Shown: positions 22,360 through 35,585 of the stretch, piece by piece
How the letters are laid out: each line of letters starts with the position of its first letter
Numbering within the stretch: the stretch's first letter is position 1
Source: Phyllosticta citribraziliensis
Lineage: Eukaryota
Length of the DNA stretch: 64,000 nucleotides
Reading direction: 5' to 3'
Assembly (NCBI RefSeq): GCF_038025025.1
Contig: NW_027117347.1
Location: 248,001 to 312,000 of the forward strand
The notes under the pieces: generated by a model
Seen by the model: only the letters and a program-made list of their open reading frames with translations
Database searches by the model: none
Told to the model about the DNA's origin: nothing
Made by a program: the position numbers and the translations under genes

Positions 22360-23219
22360 TTTGACGGAGTTGGTGAGCAAAGACTAGAGGTCGGCGGAGA
22401 GGTTGGTAGAGTCGCTGATGTCGAGAGGAAGGTCGCCGGGCAGTTTTCTCAGGACAAGGGAAGCGTCAGTGGACGCTAGTTGAGAAGAGAGAGATAGGCG
22501 AGCCAATCAGCGGCGCGGCAGAGGAGGGGCGGCCAGGGGCTTCAGCGGACGGGACCGGGAGGAGGTCGGCTGCGGTGGGCGCACGGGCCGAAGATGGCCG
22601 CCAGCCGGAGTCCGGGTCCGGGTGGCACGTGTGGCCGTGCGGTGCTGTCGGGGGGTCGGGGTCGGGCATCAGGGTCGAGGTGAAGTGAAGCCAGAGTCCA
22701 CTTCATTTGCACGGCCACCACCGCTGGATTGAGCCTGAGCTACAGTACAGGCGAATCGGCTGGCTGTCATGCCCCATCCGAGATGATGCATGCGGCTTCC
22801 AGCCTCAGTGGAGCAAACTATGGCTGTGTCCTGTTCCAGCCCTACCACACATGTCAACCAAGGGCGAGCCAATGCAGGGCCCCTCTGCGGCCTTGTCTGC
22901 GGCCTCTCTGGCTTCTGCTCTCCCAACTACCTAGCTAGCACGCACTCCATGGCAGCTCCCAGACCAGCAACTTGCTGTCTGCATGAAACGCCCGTCCGCT
23001 CTTCTCCCTAAATCAAGTCCACTCCAAGCCCTCGTCCCGGCCTCCCTCGCCCTTCCAACCACCATCAAAACAATACAACTTCCAACGTTCATCGTCCACT
23101 CAATCACAACCAACAGCTGCGCCTAGCCACACCCAACACCCTAGCACCCGCGCACTATCTTTAGGGTAACCTGCCTTGGCGCCACAACATCGACAACTGA
23201 CACACTCCTCACGTCAGCC

Positions 23220-25210
23220 ATGTCTGCTTCCATCAAGAAACCCCCTCCGCCCGGTGCTGCTTCGCGCTCTTCTGCCGCCTCTCAGTCAGGGGTTTCCAGT
23301 CGCACTCCCGCGAGATCTACCACCCCGTCTTCGCCTTCATCCGCCCCGACTCGTAGACCTGCCGCTAGGGCCGGCTCCATCGGAACCCCAATGTCTGCCC
23401 GCGCTGCAGTAAAGAGACCCGGCGCCTCGTCGCTGACCAAGGACTCTCCTCCGCCCGTCGACACCGCCGAAGAGGACGCCAAGGCAGAAGCTGCTGCCCT
23501 CGTCAAGGACCTCAAGGAACAGCTGCTCAAGGCCGAAGCTTCGTCGGACGAGTACAAGGTTTGTTTACCTCTGCGCACCTTGCCTCGCCGTGGCTAACAC
23601 GCCCCAGAAACAAATCGAGGTGCTCAAAGCCAGGCTCGACGAGGCCATCCACGACCAAGCCAAGCTCGAGGAGCGTGTCCACGAGGAAGAAGAACGAGTC
23701 GAGGGCCTCGAGAATGAAAAGCGCGAAACCGTGCGACAGCGCCGCGAACTGGAGGGCATATACGAGGCCGAGCGGGCTGCCGCCATGAAGGAAAAGGATC
23801 AAGCACAGGCACGTGAGGACGAACTGCAAGAGGTCATTCAACGGTTAAAGGACCAAATCGCCGAGCGCGAGCGCGGCGATGGCGCTGGCGACGAGCGCAT
23901 CGAGCGCAGAAATTCGAGACCTTGTAAGCAACCCTCGCGACCCTGTGGTACTCCAGCTGACAGTCGCAGTGTTACCTGAGCGAACTCCCTCAGGCCAAAA
24001 CATTGAAAACGGCCATTTCGCCCCTCCTAGCGCGCTCCAGCGCAGCGATTCCCAAAACAACTCCAAGTTGATTCTCCAAAAAGACAAGGTCATTGAGTCG
24101 TTGCGCCTGGAGCTTGCAGAGGCGCAGATCAAATCCATCGAAATGGAGAATGCGGGCGGCGGCCGGGTTCAGGAGCTGGAGAAGATTCTGCTCGAAACTC
24201 GCATGGCCAACGCCCGTCTGATGGAGGACAATGAGAGCTTCCAGTTGCTGTTGAGCGAAAAGACGCTGAATGGAGACTTTTTGCGCAGCACGCAAATGTC
24301 TCGGCCTGCTTCTTCAGAGAGGCCCAACACAAGCTTGGCGGACGAGTTGGGCGACGCTGTCGAGTCCGAGTCCCACGAGCGCCGCCTCGAAACTGAGATC
24401 CACGCGCTCAAGGACCAGAACAAAGCGCTCACTCTATACATCAACAAGATCATCGAGCGCCTGCTCCAACACCAGGGCTTTGAAGCCGTCCTGAGCCACG
24501 ATCAGGCCGACGCTGTTCCTCCCAAGCCAGCCAGCGCAAACACGCAAAAGGAGCTACCGCCGCCGCCCAAGCGGGAATCTCAAGGCCCATCTTTCCTCCA
24601 ACGTGCCAAGTCGGTGGTGGGTGGAGGCGGGAATGCTCCTACGCCGCGTCCCCGTCCCGTGTCGGTCATGCCGCCCCCTCCCCCACGCGAGGAGCCGAGT
24701 CTCACGTCCAACCCCACGACCGCCCCCAGCATTCCCATCCGCCATTCATCGGGGGCGTACGGGCACCGTCGCGCCAATTCGGAATGGAGCAACAATGCGT
24801 CGTCGGTCGTTAACAACATGTACCGTGGCAGCAACGGGCCCAGCAACGGGCCCATGTCGCCCAACATTGTCAGCCCGCGCAACTCGCTCTTCAACTTTCC
24901 CAACCAACCGGGTGACCGCAACTCCGGGTCGCGCATTGCCAGCGGCACTAGCAGCGTTCCCCGGGCCAGTATCGACGAGGAGGGCTCTGGCCATGACTCT
25001 CTCAGCAACACTGACAGCGCCGTGGCCGTGGACGGCGCGCCGTCGCCGCCCCGCAGCGTCGCGAGCAGCGCTGACAGGCCCGGCGCCAGCGTCATGACGG
25101 GCAACAAGCCCCGCCCGTTGCGACTGGTCAAGGAGACGGAAGAGGCGGAGAAGGAGCGCAAGGCGGCCAACCGCGCGAGCATCTTTGGCTGGTGGGGAGG
25201 AGCCAAATGA
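23220..25210 (+). CDS. Fungal coiled-coil protein of unknown function; introns 23559-23607 and 23924-23969
   Basis: Three ORFs joined in frame by canonical GT-AG introns with CTAAC/CTGAC branch sites. Heptad-rich centre, Pro/Ser-rich termini, C-terminal KPRPLRLV...IFGWWG. Confidence 0.85.
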
Positions 25211-27193
25211 GCCACTACCACCACCACCACCTTGCTGCATCCTTGACAATGACCATGGACGGCTTTGCATCACCATTCTTCTCTTTTCTTCTTCTTACGT
25301 TTGTCGTTTGTTGTCCGTCCATCAGCGCTTTTTGAACATTCGATACTCCAGTCTTCGCAGAGCACCGCCTTGGGCATGGTCTTTGACAGACCTGCAGGGG
25401 CGTGCCGCAAGCAAGCAAGCAAGCAAGCATATTCGCAAATTGGTAATGAGCACACCAATCACGCCGGCCGGCGACGCTGGTTGCAACGAGACAAGAACGG
25501 GAGCACGCACGCACGCACGTTTAGGTAATGATTGAAGGTCCTTTTTTTTTCGAGATTTTTGAACGGTTGGTTGGGGCGGTTGGTCGGTTGGCAACGTCTT
25601 TGCATTATTTGCACGTACGCAGTTGGGAAGTCTTTGTTTGGTTGTTTGGTTGGTTGGTTGGTGGGTTGGCTCGGTTGTTCACATTTACATTTACCCCCCT
25701 ATCCAACACGCCCCAATTTTATTTCTTCTACAATTCTTTAGATTTGATTTTTGGATTTTTTCTTGCCCCCGGCTCCTTATGACACGCGCCATCCCCTCCT
25801 CCCCTGCGTCCCGTCCCGTCATCCTCGTTTCAGTTGTTCTGGATCATCGCCCGCCCGTTTTTTTTTTTTTTTCTTTTTTCTTTTTCTTTTCCATCTATAT
25901 TCCGTTTTCCCGTTCCGTCATGACGAGTGCAGGTCGTCGCAAGGCGTCGCCGTTGGCCATTGGATTCCTTCCTTCGGCGCGCGCATCGTGCATGGCCTGA
26001 GGAAATGCGTGCAAGCAAGCAAGCAAGCAGCACGGGTGAGACGAACGCCGTGTCAGCGGCGGCCGCCGAGTGGCGAGAGAAGCGAGTGAGCGCCTCAAGG
26101 GATGGGATGGCCTGCCTGCCTGCCTCATCGATTGGATCGATGCGAGTGCTTTTCCACCGCACGACTGTCCCCCAAACACCCCATGGCAGCAGACGACGGC
26201 GGCGGCGGTGGCGGCGGCGCGTTGATTCGATTGAGCATGCGCCCACTGCGCTCGCTTCTTTTCCCTTCCCTTTGCTGTTTATGCATGTATGTATGTAGTG
26301 TACGCTTCTCACCATCACTTTCTTCCTCTCCTTCTTCTTCTTCTTCTTCTTCTTCTGTGCTGCTGCTGCTGCGGTGGCGACGGTAGTCTTCAGGATGAAC
26401 GAACAGAATCAATCAATAAACAACTACCTGCAGTGCTTGCGTTTGTTGACAGAACAGCGTGACGACGGTGTCTTCTTCTTCATGTGCCGTCCCTTCTCCT
26501 CTCTTTCTTTCTTCCGTCCGGGTGATTGGCTCTCTCTCTCGTGTCTCCTGCTGGCTGGCTGGCTGCCATCCATCCACCATCCATCCGTGCTCTCTGTTCC
26601 CCCTCTTCCCCTCTTCCTCATCCTCATCCAATATCCATCCCATTCCTGTCTCCACGTCATCATCTACTTCACCCTAGCTACTAGTCACCGACCGGCCGGC
26701 CGGGAACTCAACTGCCAAAAACTCTTTTTGCCATTGATTGGGTGGCTGAAAGCATTTGTTGGAAGAATGAGACGACCGGCCTAGGTACGCAGGGGCTAGG
26801 ATTGCTTTTCTGGCGAGCTGAGCTGAGCTGAGCTGGGCTGCTGATTCTCCTCGCCGCCTGTGGTTTTGTGGGTGCAGTGAGCGTCGCTTCACTTCTGACC
26901 TTCATGTGCCTGCCCACGTACATATTTGCGGTTCACAGCCAGGAGGAGCATTTAGACCAATTGCATACACACAAACACTCCGGACGGCCAAAAAGAGACC
27001 TCAAACAAACAACAAACACTTCTTTCTAGAGCGCGGGAGAACAATTCGTCAGATCCAGACTCCTTTCGTCTCTGTCTATTCGTCTTCGTCTTCCTCTTCC
27101 CTTATTCTAGACACCCCGCTGCTGCTACACGCACGCTCATTCAAACCGTGCAGGTCAAGTCAAGTCCGACAAACACTACGTGAGTACAACAGT

Positions 27194-30100
27194 CTACAAC
27201 TCATCCCTCTCCCTCTTCTTGTCTGGCTGCTGCTGCTGCTGCTCCACGCCCTCATCCGCCACGTCCACCCTCCCCTCCGCGCCCCCACCGCCTCCCGCCG
27301 CAACAACGACCTCGGCCTCCTCCTTCCCCGCGCCCCGCACCCTCCTCGCAACACCGCGAATCTCGTCATCATAGACGCTCCATTCCGGCAGCTGCCTGCG
27401 GGCGCGATCCAGCTTGGGCTCCTTGGTCTGCGGATTGTTGCACAGATCGATGGTGCGCGCCCGCTGCAAGCTGTCGTCGTCGCACCACGTCTCGCACCAC
27501 AGCCAGTCCTGGTCGAGGCTGAAGATGGGCAGCTGCGCCTGCATGTTGTTGGGCAGGTCCTGGTCCAGGTTGCTGAGCGAGTTGGGGTCGGCGCTGAGCG
27601 CCTGGTACTGCTGCCGCAGCCGGTCGCCCGCCGCCAGCCGCCGGAACCGCGCCAGGTCGACCACGTACAGCGCGCTGATGTGGTACTTGCGCCCGCGCAG
27701 GTAGTTCTTCCAGTACCCCTGCTTCCAGAACCGGAAGCCCTCCATCTCGGTCCGCGAGTCGCACATGGGCGTGAAGCCGTACGGCGCGCCCTGCAGGTCG
27801 GTGGTGACCAGCTCGTACAGGTCCGTCCGCACCACCTGGTCCGCGTCGACGAAGATGATCTTGTCCAGGCTGAGCGGGAATAGCACGTCGAGGAAGAGGA
27901 TCTTGTAGCCCCAGATCTCGCGCTGCTTTTCCTTCTGCCCCCGCAGCCAGTGCGGCCACTTGTACGTGACCATTTCGTAGCGGAACCCGTACTCGGCTGC
28001 CAGGTGCGGCAGGAACGACTTGAACGATGGCGACAGGAATTGCTCGATGAACCAGAACTTGACGCTGTGCTCCGTGTGCTTCATGACCGACACCATCATG
28101 ATGTTGAGCATGCGCTCGTACAGGTGCCCGCTGGCCACGCTGAAGATGTTGATGTCGGCATGCTGTTCCTGCACTGCCGGCGCCTTGTCCGTGGCCAGTC
28201 CCAATCGTGACGCGTACTGTAGCCCGCGCGAGATGGTGTTGCCCGTCTTGACGTTGAGGCCAATCTTGGACAACAGACCGTCGGCCAGCTCGGCGCCCCT
28301 TTCCGCCAGGTCGTCGGCCAGAGACGTCGGCGCACTGAGCACGTCTTCCTCCTCCATGCCCGCCTTGCGCGACAGCCGCGGGTACAGCGTCACGCCTTGG
28401 AAGCTGGTGAGAGCAATCTCCTTGGTCTCGTCGCCCGCCGCCGGAGACCACCCCAGCGTGCCCGCGCTGTCGATGGTGAAGATGTCCTGGCTGCGACCTG
28501 GCTGCAGCTCGATGTTGAAGAAGCCTGGGTTTGCCTTGAACTGAAAGTATCCCAGGTTCGACATGATGATGGTGTCGGCGTAGCGTGGATTCGACACGGT
28601 TCGCAGGTCGAGCTGCACGCCACGCGGATACATGCCGTTGGTAGTGTCGCGCGAATGACCTTCGATCAGAATGTATTCGAGCTCGTACACGGCATCAATT
28701 TGCGCCTGACCCTTGACCTGGCTCAGCTTGATATTGTCGAGGTCCTGGATGCACTCCTTCGGGGCAACAACCCACGACGGCGGCACATCCATGCCGATTG
28801 TCAACAAGGCTTCCGAAGGGATGCCGCTGAACTGGGCCTGCAGTGACCTGGTCGAGCCGTCACTCTCAAATTCTGGCGTGGAAGACAATACGTAGCGATA
28901 GAATCGCTTGATTGGCAGCTCATCGAGCCTTTCCCGGGGGTTGAGGAACAGCCGCATGTGCACGCCCCTCATCTCGGACAAGACCTTGAGGATGGGAATC
29001 CACCTCTGCGCCGTCTCCGATGAAGGGTCGATGGACGCCACAATCTGAATTGTTGCCGTCTCAACATCACCCGTCTTGATGGCGGTGTGAGTGTCATTCC
29101 AAAACTTGAACACATCTCTCCTCATGGTGGGAGGCGTCTCGAAAATTCCTTCGGGGACGTCAGAGACGGTGGAGAGGGCGACGAGCGACGAAAATTGGGC
29201 CGAGCCACCAGGCGAAGTGATCTTGTCAGACAGCTTGAGGTCTTCAACTGCCCGCGCAGCTGGCTCTATCCGCTTCTGGCGTTCATACGTCAAAAGAGTC
29301 TCAAAGTCCTCCTTGGCAAACTCTTTGTCTTTTGGAATCGGACCAACGATTCTGCCATTCAAGACCAAGCACTCTTGTCCCGGCTCACAGCCCAGGACTC
29401 GGGCAAGTTGATGGGCTTCCGCCCAACGAGCGGCATACTTGGCCAAATCCGCCGCATCGACATCTGCGTTGGATATTTCCTCCATGGAGAGCGGCTTACC
29501 CTGCTCGACAAGTTTCAACAACTTTGCGGAGAGCTTGGGCTCTTTGGAAGACGCGCCGGTATGGACAAGGGAAATCTCGACATCTCGATGATCCTGTTGA
29601 AACTGGATGGCATCGACCAGCAGCTTCGTCCCAGCTTCCGAGTCAAAGTCTCCTAGGACAATGAGCTGAGCCCACTGGAACCATTCCGAGTCGTCGGCTG
29701 CCGAGATTGTCGGAAGCTTCGCAATGGTCTCGTCATGCTCAACATAGACTTGCGCCATGTCGATAAACCTCAACGATTTTTCATCTTCAGGAACGATGAG
29801 CGGGTTCCGCCTAAGAGACGCTGACTGGAGAAAGATGCCAGGAACCCAAGCGTCTTCGTCCAATTCCTGCTCAAACACGCTCTTTTGAATCATCTGTAGG
29901 TCCTGGGTAACGCGCATGCTCATGGCAGGAAGCCACTCGTCGTTGCGTGGAAGAGGAACGCCGTTGACAAAGAATGGAGGAGTGGGACCTTCGGCTCCAA
30001 GGCGAGAAACCCATTTCTTCGTCGCTTCGATCCTCGAAGTAGCGTCTTCGTGCTTGATAACTTCCTGGAGGCTTCTCGCGACACGATCCCGCCGCACTTT

Positions 30101-31894
30101 GGCGTCCTTGGTGACGCTCTCGTACGTTCCCTTGTGAGGGGTCGACAGCTGACGGGCCTTGATTGAGCCCTCCAGATACTTGAGTACGGCAGCGAGACCG
30201 TGCGTGTCCTGCAAATGATAAATCACCTTGGCCTGCTCGATTGAAGAAGGGGAATTGACGACAGGCACGAGACCCCATTGCATGGCAAGGCCCCTCTTGA
30301 CCATGGTTTGCAGCGTATCCACCACCAATGATACGTCCTTGGGTTCGGAAAAGTCGAGAGGAACCACGGTGCGTTGAATGTCTTTTTTGACTTGCGGCAA
30401 AGTGCCGGGGTAGGACGGTTGGAGCAGCTGTGCAGGTCAGTCTATGTCCACTGGAAAATTCTTGCTCAGACTTACAGCCTTGAGCGTCGTCGGCCACTCT
30501 GCGTATCTCTTATCCTTTTCAATGCTGTTGAGCCACATGATGACATGACCCCCCTCAGCATCATCCCTCCAGTCGTATCGCTGGGGCTCCTCGTTGTCCT
30601 TTGCCTTGGAAATGGCCTGGTGAGAGAGGACACGAATAGCACTAGGTGCGTCGAATCCCAGCCTCTTGACGCCATTGATAATCTGTCTCTCCCTCCTGAG
30701 ATGTTCCAGCAGGGCAAACGCATCCATGCTCCTAGGCATGATCTGCACACCATTGATCCACAGGATGTTGTATCCAGACGGGAGAATCGCCTCCCTGTTC
30801 GCCCGATGCTCCTTCAAGAAATCGTTCGTCACGTTGTGCGCCGCGATTGCGCTCGAATGCTTGGGAAAGTCTTGCACCAATCGGACCAACGTGTCCAATG
30901 GTTCATCGCTCTGCATGACAAAGCTTCCTGCCTTGAGACCCAATCCTTTCAGCTCCGACTCCGACAATGGCTTGAGATCTGCCACTTCTTCATCCTGGAG
31001 GCTGCTTTGCGCGGGAGCGTCGTGTCCTGCTTCTTCGGCTTCTCGGTCGTCAATGACAATGTAGTCGGTGCGCTTAAGAGCTAGCTGGACGCCGTATCCT
31101 GTGATGGGAAGCAACTTTCTGTCCGCATCAACAGGTGCCTTGTGCCGGAGTTTGTACGAAGATTTTCCCTCTTTCGTAGTCTTTGCGATTGTCTTGTGGA
31201 AAGCGCGGAATTTGGGTGAGGTAATGTCGGCGTATACGATTGTGAGGGCTTGGTTTTCTGCGGTGCTCAAAGCACGATCGAACGGGAGGTCATCAGTCCT
31301 GAATCAAAATCAACAATGGCAACAAACATGTCAAGACGGTCGACATACCGTGCCTCTCGAACCGCTCCATGTTCTTGCGCCAAATCTGACGAGCAAAACT
31401 GCCTGCCATTCTGAAGTGCCCATACCTCACAGTCTTGTCCTTGCGCTGCTTGTAACGACGGCTCGACCGACGTATTGTAGAATTGATAGTGCGCTTCGAT
31501 CCGGGGCGCAGCGGAGTGAATGGAGAGGGCGAATTGGAAAGAAGACAAAGCTGCGGGATCTGTAATATGCCCATCGTTCTGGAGGAGCTTCAAGAACGCG
31601 TCGTAGAGCTCATTCTCAGTTGCCTTGTCGTCAAAGTAGCCGTCTGCTATGCGATCCAACAGGGGGAAGTAAGACGTGGCATTCTCCTCTGCCGCAGTCT
31701 CCCTAGCCCGAGTTAGCTGTATCGTCAAGCCATGAGTTATCGGGAGCTTACAGAAGCTCGACCAGGTAAGGCGGCGACAGAAACGAAGCTCTGAGAGCTA
31801 CATTGATCGGCGGGCTGGCTCTGGCGCATCGAGCTCCAAGCGCGGCGAAGAGCAAGGGGAGATGGCTGCTGAGCAGCCAATTCGGTAATCTCAT
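27194..31894 (-). CDS. UGGT: UDP-glucose:glycoprotein glucosyltransferase; introns about 31703-31751, 31299-31348 and 30428-30475
   Basis: Signal peptide, GYGVQLALKRTDY, GT24 domain INIFSVASGHLYER...WGYKILFLDVLFP...FVDADQ...DQDLPN, and C-terminal ER-retrieval signal RDEL. Confidence 0.96.
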
Positions 31895-32775
31895 GTCGAT
31901 AGACTAGAACCGGGAGACGTGGTGTCTCCGAGGAGCGCTGCGCTGGCGGAGGATAGAGTTGTTTAGCTTTAAAGGCGGTAGTACATCATTTCGCACAATG
32001 TGAACAATGAGAATGGAGCGGAATTGGGCTGGAGGTGTTGATTAGGTGGAGTCTAGTGGAAGGAGCTTGAGTTATCAGGCACAGCCTTCTTTGGGTCTTC
32101 TCGAAGCTGCATGGATCTCGGGCTGCATGCTGGTGCTTCGTGCCTGGTGTTGCCAGATGGCCATCCCGGAACGGCTAATCCCCGGCTTGTCTCAATCAAC
32201 GTCATGGCTCCCTACCGGTACATCCAGGCAGTACCTACTCCCGGTCGTCTTGTATTCCATGACTTCACTCTGCTTCACCTAAAATGGGTATTTGCACATC
32301 GAGCGAAATAGCGGAAAACACCTGGAAACCTCTCAGATTGCCAGTGCACTCTATCTACTCAATCCCAATTCCAACTGCATCAGTCCCGCGCCGTCTCAAA
32401 GTCGTGCTCATGACCAGCAGCCATGAGATTGCTGAGCGGAACCACTGGCTGACGGACCTCACTATTCCGATGAAAGATGGAATGCGGAAATGAACAAATA
32501 CCCAAGCGTTCCACCATCATCAAGCCAAAAAGCAAACGGCCAAAAAGAGAAAACCACGGAAAGAAAAGGAGCAAACCTCAAACGTCTCCCAATAAGCAAA
32601 CGGGAGTATACAGACCGGATGTGTCCTCAAAACGCCGCCAATCCAACCTGCCAAAATGCGCCAGTTTTCGGTCCAGTCCATCCTCCGTCCAAAATTTACA
32701 ACTATCCGTCAACGTACAAGAGCAAAAGAGAATCATAGAGTCGGTGCCAAAATAGAGGTAGCGCGGGCAGCTTCA

Positions 32776-34757
32776 TCACAAGCCCATTGCTACCGCAATG
32801 CCTTGAGCACCCGTTGCGGCACCAGCGCTGCTACCGGCCTGACCTTCTTCAGTCTGCGCCTGGCTTGCAATTTCGCCACCAGCACTCATCTCAGCCCAGT
32901 CACCCCAGAGGCCCCTCTTGGCGCGCACGCGAATGGGGGCTCCCAGTTCGTCCGTCTTTTGCTCAACCTTGATGGCGTCCTTGGTGGCGAGGACCAGACA
33001 CTCAAAGAACATCTTGGTGGCGTCGGCGCGCGTGGTGCTGCGCTCTGGGAGCATGTCTTGGAAAAGGACGGAGCGCTGCTGGCGCTTGTTGGGGGAGCTT
33101 TCGGCCTCGGCACCAAACTTCTCTCTCAGCAGGTGCACGGCGTGGCGGGTGCCAACGGAAACGGGCCCGCTGTCAGCAGGGTGCAGCAGAGGCATGGTGG
33201 TTTCGTCAAAGTTGTCACCGGGCAATGGGGACATGGCCTCTTCCTCGTCATCCTCGCGAATTTGCTCCACGGATGCGGCGCGCTCGGGTTCCTCGGCCTG
33301 CTCTTGTTGAATTTCGAGAGTTGTGTCGCCTCCAACGTCAACGGGACCAACTGAAAAGTCAATGGCAGACTCGTCGGGAATTTCGAGCTGCGGAACGTTT
33401 TCTCCTTCCTCAACACCAGCGACGGCGGGTTCGTCGCGCTTGCGCTTCAGATCGCGGGAGCGGCGGACAACTTCGAGAGACAGAATACCGCGGAGCTCTG
33501 GCGCCCAGCCCTGGCTGCGTCCGTCGCCCAAAATGCTCGAGACGAAGCCACCACTCTTTTGCATGTTCATCAGGGCAAGCAGAGCGGGATCTCTGGGCAA
33601 GAAGGTGGCAGGCTTCAGAATCTGGGAGCGATCGTTTTGAAGCGCCTTGAACTGAGAGTTGGACAGCTCAGTCTCAGCATCAGCCGAAATGACCTTGCGG
33701 CGCTTGACCCGCTGTGCCTGGGTGACGAATTCTTCCTCGGGCTCAACAACGGTGGGCTCCTGGTTGAAATGGAACGTCTCCTCAAGTTCACGGGCAACAC
33801 TGGAACGAGCTGATGAAAGAGGCGAAGCAGACTCGCGCTGACGATTCTCCTCTTGAGCTGGCGCAAGCTCTTCCTCTGCAGGGGTCGCAGCGCGGGAGGC
33901 CTCCTGCTGAGGACGTGGGCCCTCCTCCTGCTGGACGTCGTCAGACTGCGGCATCTCTTCATCCATGCCTCCCATGGCAATGTCATCGTCTCCAAGGCTC
34001 AGTCTGCGGCCAAGTTGGGTAGTGGTTACGTCAGGCTCGTCGCCGAAATCGAGTTCAATGCCGTCGACTTCGAGGGGCTTCGGAGTCGCGGCCATTTCGT
34101 CCTCCAGATCCCTTGGTGGAGGCGCATCGCGACCGACTTCAATGCTCTTGTCCATGGTGATGTCCGGGCCTTCGCTGATGTCGAGATAAAGGTCGTCATC
34201 ACCGAGCTGTAGGGTCTCTTGGGCCTGGCGGTCCTGGGTGTCCAGCAAGTACTGGCTAGGTGGATCCAGGAGGGTGGGGTCCCGGCGACCGGTCTCAATC
34301 TCGGGCTCTTGAGACAAGAGCAACGAGGGGTCAGGCATGGGAGCGAGCAGGTCCATCTCGGTCAAGACATCTGGGAGCGTCAAAGAAGCAGGGTTCACTG
34401 CTTGGACCTGGTTTGCCGGAAGATCGACATTTCCTGGACGAAAGGCCTGCGACCGTGTTAGGATGGTTCAGACGAACAGGGCGAGAGACTCACCAGCTTG
34501 ATCTTCATGAGAGCCTCGTTGCAGTCATCGAGCAGGTAGCGGGCTTTCCGGCTGTAGATTCTGACGACGCCGAGGAGCAGCTGGCCGCTCAAGCGGAGGG
34601 CCATGGGAGCCTGACCGGACTCGACAATGGTGTTGACATGGCTTTCAATGTTGGATTGGAGAATGTTGCTTTTGGAAAGCTTGCGCTCCAAGTTGGCGGC
34701 CAGCCAGACACGCGCCAAAGGGCCAGTCTTGGAGAGAAGTTTGTCGGAATAAAACAT
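32776..34757 (-). CDS. RAD21: Cohesin kleisin Rad21/Scc1; intron 34447-34493
   Basis: MFYSDKLLSKTGPLARVWLAAN...ALRLSGQLLLGVVRIYSRKARYLLDDC, C-terminal winged helix TRADATKMFFECLVLATKDAIKVEQ, and separase site SIEVGR. Confidence 0.96.
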
Positions 34758-35585
34758 GGCGACGATGAAGGTTCAAGTGGATGGCAGATGGAGCGGCCCG
34801 GGGGTTGGGGCGGGCTCTCGCCGCGTTGTTTTGGTCGGCGGAGACGCGACGGGCAAACGCGGCGGCGGCGGGCGCGTGGGGAGCCTAGCAGGGTTCGCAA
34901 AGTGGAAGTTTGAGGGCGCAGAGTGGGCGCAAAGGGCGTAGTAACGGCAGCGAGGACGTGCAGCAGTGGGCGCCTTGTGGAGTGTGGAGGTCAGATGGGG
35001 AGTGTGGTGAGGTGAGGGCGAGGGTGAGGGGTGGCAGAGTTCAGAGGTTGCCGTTGAGTCGGTCGGTCGTCTGGAGGTTGGGCTGTGGCTGGAGCTTAGT
35101 CATTGCGCCAAGACTGGCCATCAGCCACCGGTGGCTACCACCTAACATCCGGACGTATCTTGTTGATGGCCTCAGGTTCCAGTTGTGAAGAAATGATCCT
35201 CGGCCAAGTGAAGTGCCGAACGCGCAAGTGAAGTCGAGTCCCCTCATGCAATGTATTCTTGTCCCATTCCCTGGTCTCGGCGCAACGAACGCGTCGCTCT
35301 CGGACGGCCTGAGGCCTGTGCTGCTGCTCCCCGTCGCTAGTGCGCAAGCAGCTCTTTGCCCGCGTCGGCGTCGGCGTCGGGGGTCTGCTCTGCTCTGCTC
35401 TGTCTCTCGGTCTGGCTCGACACGCTCACCTCTTCAACAAACTGCTTCTTTTTTTCTTTGACACCACATCTTTTTCTACCCCCCGCCGCCCATGATACAT
35501 TTTCCGTTCGCTCCTTAGATTGCAATTCGCCCCCGCTCGTCCTCCCACACCGTTTCGTTGCGCACCTCATCCCGGCCATGACAAC

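Noticed and set aside
3553..34757. CHL1 and RAD21 (both cohesion genes) in one window as a functional cluster
   Set aside because: They are about 26 kb apart with unrelated genes between; no evidence beyond chance.
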